Positions 59,149 through 64,000 of a stretch of 64,000 nucleotides of DNA are shown in pieces; within the stretch, counting starts at the first letter, position 1; each line of letters begins with the position of its first letter. Source of the DNA: Monocercomonoides exilis PA203 (taxonomy: Eukaryota > Protista > Preaxostyla); assembly GCA_001643675.2 (NCBI GenBank), contig LSRY02000054.1, positions 496,001-560,000 on the forward strand. The letters run 5' to 3'. Under the pieces are notes generated by a model. The model did not search any database, was not told the origin of the DNA, and worked only from the letters and a program-made list of their open reading frames with translations. The position numbers and the translations under genes are program-made.

Positions 59149-60049
59149 ATTATTTCAACGGTTTTGTTTTCAAAACATAAAGAACAAAAGATTTAATACA
59201 GATTTCTTATCATCAAGTTTTTGATATTTTACGTTTTTAATCATCTTTTAAAAACAAAGAAGAATTTCAATGATAAAAACTGTTTTTATTGAATGAAAAT
59301 GACAAAATCTTTTCATAATTGAACTTTCATTTGAGTTTTTTATCAGGAATTTTTCCTCCATGGACGTTTCGATGTTGTTTTTTGTTCAGGAGGCAATAAA
59401 AGAAACAGCACACTCATGGTTTTTCACATTCTTTTCACAAAAAAATTTGAGAATAATATATGAATAAACGAATAATAAAAGTGTGATTTCAATAAGGTTC
59501 AATAAAATTTCTTATTAGAAGAATTGCTTGTATTCACACTTTTTAGGACAAAAATAATAAATAGTGACAAAAAAACGAAAAAAAAAAAAAATAATAAAAC
59601 AAAAACTAGATCCAAATCCAAAGCAAAAACAAAAACATTGATTATATAAAAAACAAGGTCAGTATTTCTTCATTTTGAAAATAAATACGATTTGTTTTTG
59701 ACTTTTTTTTAAAAATATCATTAAAAAAAAAGTCTATCATTTTCATTTAAAATTCATTCTGAAAAATTATCTAAAAGAGAAAAATATTAGAACATTTAAC
59801 ATTAAATACAATTCATAAAGCAAAAATATTTGTTCCTAATACGTTTGAACTCAAACAGCGAGATTATTAATGCTTCATTGATAATAAGTCACTAACACTT
59901 TTATGAAATACTTTTTTGAAAATAACATTTCAACAATTTTTATTTCTATATAAAATTTACCATATTGTTCTCAATCAAATGTCTCTGACATAAAAGTTGG
60001 ATTATTTTTAATTATAGTTACGTGATCAAAACATTGGATTGAGCCTAAA

Positions 60050-63000
60050 ATGTTTATTATAATAGCACTATTTGCAAGCGCTTTTTCAAACACAAACGAA
60101 AATAATCAAAGTTTTTCGGAAAGGGAATTTATTGCTGAAAGAGGAAGAGTTCAAAAAGCACCAATAACAATTGTTTTTATTTCCGACAGAGGGGACGATT
60201 CGAACCCCAACTGTGGAGTCGAAGCCGAACCATGCAAATCGGTTGCGAAAGGAATTGAAAGACTTGGAGACGATCCTGGGGACAAATCTATTAAAATTGT
60301 TGATTTTGCAGAGATTCAATATGAATTTATATTTAACAAAGAGTTCAGCTTAACAATGGATTCAAGAGTAGACAGTAACACCAGAGGAATGCTTGATTTT
60401 GACTTGAAAGATCTCGTGGAAAAAGGAAAGTTCCATATTATTAACGAAAAAATTTTAAAATTGGAACATTTGACATTTAATCTAATTTTATCTCAGACTG
60501 AACAATTGTCAACAGAAACAGACGAGGAATCGGCGATTATTCTTTCTAGAGGTTTTGACGGAGACTTTGCAATTTGCGACTGTGGCATTAGTCTTAACAG
60601 ATGGACAGAAGATTTATTGCCTTTTTCGCTCTTGAGTGTTACGGAAGGGAAAATCTCAATTAACAAGTTTTATTGGATATTGTCATCAAATTTCAAAAAC
60701 TTTAATGGAGCAATTTTGCATATTTCTGAAGATGCCACTTTACAAAAATTGAGAGGCTTCGAATTTGGTGAAGCTACATTGAACAAAGAATGCGCTCTGA
60801 AACTTCCATCATCATTTACACTGGAAGGAAGTAACTTTGATTATGCTAACAGAAAAACTGCAGGCCCTGCGATACTTGAGGCTAAAAGCGAGGAAAACAA
60901 AAAAGTTGAGATTTCAATTTCAGAATGCTCATTTACTTCAATATCGCCTTTGTCAGAAAAGGGAAGCAGCCTTTATTTTGAAATGATGCATCCAGAGAGT
61001 GAGCTGAATGTCATTGATTCAACATTCAGGAATGGGGAGGCTACAAAAGGTGGGGGGATGATGATTGGGATGACGAAAGGGAAAGTGAAACTGGAAAACG
61101 TTGAATTTTCTGGCTGCGTGGCCACAGAAGGAGGAGGAGGGCTGTACGCACTTGAGTTGACGCAAATGGCAGGATTTGAGTGCAATAATGTGAAGTTTGA
61201 AAGATGCACAGCGAAGTCTGGAGGCGGAGTTTATTTGACTTTGGACGAAGAGAACATAAAAGGCGACGGAATCTTTTTTAAGGATTGCTTCTTTGCGAAA
61301 AATGAGGGTAAAATAGATGCAAACGACGTGGTTATCCTCTGCAAGGGGGATTCTGAGATGAACAAGAATCCTTTTGATGCAGCATGCATTAGCTCAACGA
61401 AGAAAGAGCGAGTTGTCGTGAAAAGGCCAAGCACCACATCAATCATACACGACGATTGGCTGGCTTACAACTCGTTCGAAGTGGATGTTGACGCGATAAA
61501 TGGAGTGGACAACGACGAATGCGGCAAAGAAGGGAATAAGCCATGCAAAACGATGAAAAAGGCGATTGAGAACAGCCTTACGGGGAGGCTGTTTCGCATT
61601 TACACAACCAAAAATTGCAACAAATACGACATCGAACCAATTACAATAGAAGGGCGCAAAATTGAGGTTTTAAACAGAGATGTCAGCAAAATCTCCATTA
61701 CAACAGCTCTGGACGAAACGAAGGTGCTTCCAGGCGAAGGGGTTTTCAACTTGAAACAGCAAGGCAGTCTTCTGCTGTACGAAGCAGAAATCAATGTGGA
61801 CACGACAAGAGCAAGCGGAAGAAGCAACGGGCTGATTGTTACAGACGGCGACGATGCATCAGCCCAGCTTTGTAATGTTAATATCACAGCGACTGATGAA
61901 AATCAAGAGCTTAACTGCGCTTTGATAGAATGCAAGACGGGGACATTATATTTAGTTACCGTAACCGTCGAGAACTTTATTTCTTCGTCTGCAATTATTC
62001 TTTGCGAAGCAGCAAATGCAGTTACATTCTTCGGATTTTTGCTCAATAAGCTTTCAGTCAAAAGCGCAACACAGTCTGTTGTGACTGTTTTGGAGGGATG
62101 CAAACAAGTTTCTGTGACAAATGGCAGAATTCTGAACTGCTGGTCGGTGGAACACAAAATAGGAGGCTGCATATATATGGAAGTTGGAAACAGCGCCAAT
62201 GAATTTTCAGTTTCGCACACAACTTTTCGAAATTGTTCTGTCAGAAATCCAACGAGCAATGAGGAAGCAAATGCATTAGACAGAAATGAAGAATCAAAAG
62301 GAGGAGCGATGTTTGTTCGAGTCGCCGATGGCGTTACCGATCCAGTTAAATTATCATTAGAAAATTTGAATTTCATTGATTGTGCAGCTGACAGAGGAGA
62401 GTACATATACTTGTCTCTTCCAGTTGGAAGAGAGCAATTGAAAGATGAACTCTTAATATTTGAAATGGAGGATATTTATGGAGAGCCGAATGGAATACTT
62501 TTGGAAGAAAGGAAAGGCGATGAAGCAAATATTATCGATCTTTTAACAGACGAAGCTAACAGACTGCCATATCATTCGAGCAGGATCTTTGTTGGAGGAG
62601 AGAAAGCAAGCAATGGAAAGAGCTGCGGAAGCAAAACAGTGCCGTGCGATCGAATCAGTACAGGAACAAAACACAATATACCAGACGAGGCATTTATGAT
62701 GCTCTTTATTGGAATGGTTTCAGTAGACGAACCATTTGAAACAAAGCAGCCAATGACATTCGCTTCAGCACCTGATTCATCTTCGTCTTCATTGTTAACT
62801 GCAGAGCCAAATCGCGGGGCGCTTCATGTTGAATCAAAGATATACGCTGGGAAATCGCTGGCAGTGTTTGAAAACTGGCGCTATTCTTGTACATTCAGGC
62901 ATGTTGATATAGAATACCCAGATGCAGTTGAAGGAGAAGCACTGAATTTGATCTTCACTCAAAATCAATTGACCATCATTGATGTTGTGCTTAGACCGTG

Positions 63001-64000
63001 GTTTACAGAGCTGACAGGAGAAAGCGTCCAAGGAGGAGAAGGAAAACCGTTACCGTACAAGCTGATAGTGATTGAGAAGGAATTTGGAAACTTTAAGCAA
63101 CTTGCGATTTACGGAAGAAATGGCAATACAAACAAAGGGAGACGAGCTGACGAAGAGAAAAGCGAAAAAAACCAATATTTTTTGGAGATGAAAGGAAAAA
63201 AGACAAAACCAGAGCCAATTAACAAAATAAAAGAGGCAGAGAATGGTCTGTGCCTGTGGGATTCAGGGCTTGTGACGCTTCACGAGACTCGGACAACAGT
63301 CTTTGAAGACTGCTCGTTTGTCAACATCAGCGAGGGAGTCATCTTCACAGACGGAAGTCCCTTGAATCTGAGCAACTGCAGCTTTGCAAACAACCATCCA
63401 ATTGATGCGGATTGGGAGAAATTCCCTTCATTGAGGCACAACATTCGAGCTAAAGGAAAACAACCTTCTTCTGTTTGTGTTATATCTCTGACACAGGGAA
63501 GCGACGGGACGGAAGGGAAGCCGTTTGGAATGATTGCGGATGGGAATGCGAGCGGAGAAGCAGCGAAAAAAATGGACTCTCTCTTCTTTTCTCCTGTGCT
63601 GAAGAATGTGACGATAGTGAAAGATGCTGAAGGCGCAAACAGGGGAAAAAGAGAAGCAAATGGAAAAGATAAAGAAAATGAGGAAGAAACAGTGACTGGA
63701 ATTGTTCATGGAAGCTATCTCTTTCCTTGTGAATTGACATTTGAAGCTGCAAAAGAAAGAAAAGGAGAAGAGCTGAAATGGGTTGACTGCCCAGTAACAG
63801 AGTTTGCGGGAGAGGCAGAAATGAAAGTGAAGATTCCCAAGGCTCTTCTGGATGTGGACGATCAAACTTCGGTTATGTGCCATTTGTCGTATTCGAGCGG
63901 CATAACTGCAAATGAAAAGAAACACACAGAAGACTGGTTTTTGGTGAAGCGGAAAGAGGACAATCCGAAGAAATTGACGAGAACACAGCTGATTATAATT
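60050..64000 (+). CDS. Giant GGA/FxxC-rich surface protein (partial; runs off the right edge near the start of a probable TM segment)
   Basis: ATG 60050, MFIIIALFASAFSN signal peptide; GDDSNPNCGVEAEPCKSV, CGKEGNKPCKTM, GGG/GGA motifs, KFPSLRHNI and GSYLFPCELTF match KYPSLRRNI and GSLFIPCDLSF in the 23-30 kb gene; no stop seen before the window end. Confidence 0.85.
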   Translation, partial: MFIIIALFASAFSNTNENNQSFSEREFIAERGRVQKAPITIVFISDRGDDSNPNCGVEAEPCKSVAKGIERLGDDPGDKSIKIVDFAEIQYEFIFNKEFSLTMDSRVDSNTRGMLDFDLKDLVEKGKFHIINEKILKLEHLTFNLILSQTEQLSTETDEESAIILSRGFDGDFAICDCGISLNRWTEDLLPFSLLSVTEGKISINKFYWILSSNFKNFNGAILHISEDATLQKLRGFEFGEATLNKECALKLPSSFTLEGSNFDYANRKTAGPAILEAKSEENKKVEISISECSFTSISPLSEKGSSLYFEMMHPESELNVIDSTFRNGEATKGGGMMIGMTKGKVKLENVEFSGCVATEGGGGLYALELTQMAGFECNNVKFERCTAKSGGGVYLTLDEENIKGDGIFFKDCFFAKNEGKIDANDVVILCKGDSEMNKNPFDAACISSTKKERVVVKRPSTTSIIHDDWLAYNSFEVDVDAINGVDNDECGKEGNKPCKTMKKAIENSLTGRLFRIYTTKNCNKYDIEPITIEGRKIEVLNRDVSKISITTALDETKVLPGEGVFNLKQQGSLLLYEAEINVDTTRASGRSNGLIVTDGDDASAQLCNVNITATDENQELNCALIECKTGTLYLVTVTVENFISSSAIILCEAANAVTFFGFLLNKLSVKSATQSVVTVLEGCKQVSVTNGRILNCWSVEHKIGGCIYMEVGNSANEFSVSHTTFRNCSVRNPTSNEEANALDRNEESKGGAMFVRVADGVTDPVKLSLENLNFIDCAADRGEYIYLSLPVGREQLKDELLIFEMEDIYGEPNGILLEERKGDEANIIDLLTDEANRLPYHSSRIFVGGEKASNGKSCGSKTVPCDRISTGTKHNIPDEAFMMLFIGMVSVDEPFETKQPMTFASAPDSSSSSLLTAEPNRGALHVESKIYAGKSLAVFENWRYSCTFRHVDIEYPDAVEGEALNLIFTQNQLTIIDVVLRPWFTELTGESVQGGEGKPLPYKLIVIEKEFGNFKQLAIYGRNGNTNKGRRADEEKSEKNQYFLEMKGKKTKPEPINKIKEAENGLCLWDSGLVTLHETRTTVFEDCSFVNISEGVIFTDGSPLNLSNCSFANNHPIDADWEKFPSLRHNIRAKGKQPSSVCVISLTQGSDGTEGKPFGMIADGNASGEAAKKMDSLFFSPVLKNVTIVKDAEGANRGKREANGKDKENEEETVTGIVHGSYLFPCELTFEAAKERKGEELKWVDCPVTEFAGEAEMKVKIPKALLDVDDQTSVMCHLSYSSGITANEKKHTEDWFLVKRKEDNPKKLTRTQLIII

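Noticed and set aside
60190-60215. GATTCGAACCC resembling a tRNA T-loop/B-box
   Set aside because: Lies inside an open coding frame (DDSNP) with no cloverleaf around it.

Overview
AT-rich, intron-containing eukaryotic genomic DNA read with the standard genetic code (genes end in TAA/TGA/TAG). Composition, short introns, poly-Ser expansions and gene families suggest an anaerobic metamonad protist, most likely an oxymonad such as Monocercomonoides (inference). Recognisable housekeeping genes: Srp40/Nopp140, a Ser-expanded Sec24, a tandem UBR-box protein, a membrane metallophosphoesterase, ribosomal P2, casein kinase 1 with a very long Ser-rich tail, RAD51 and a compact PHD+TFIIS-M (Bye1/DIDO-like) protein. 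Between them lie giant GGA/FxxC-rich surface proteins (one ending in a kinase C-lobe-like pseudokinase), disrupted copies of expanded families, and AT-rich intergenic blocks holding at least five families of non-autonomous inverted-repeat elements. Most notable: (i) three unrelated MITE families sharing GGG..CCC ends and 4-bp AWWT target duplications, two of them nested in a TA-flanked CACC..GGTG element whose empty-site copy is in the same window; (ii) module-mosaic surface-protein paralogs; (iii) regional microsatellite-expansion domains with adjacent GC-rich coding islands; (iv) a dominant GTTTG 5' splice site. No CRISPR, tRNA or rRNA was recognised.
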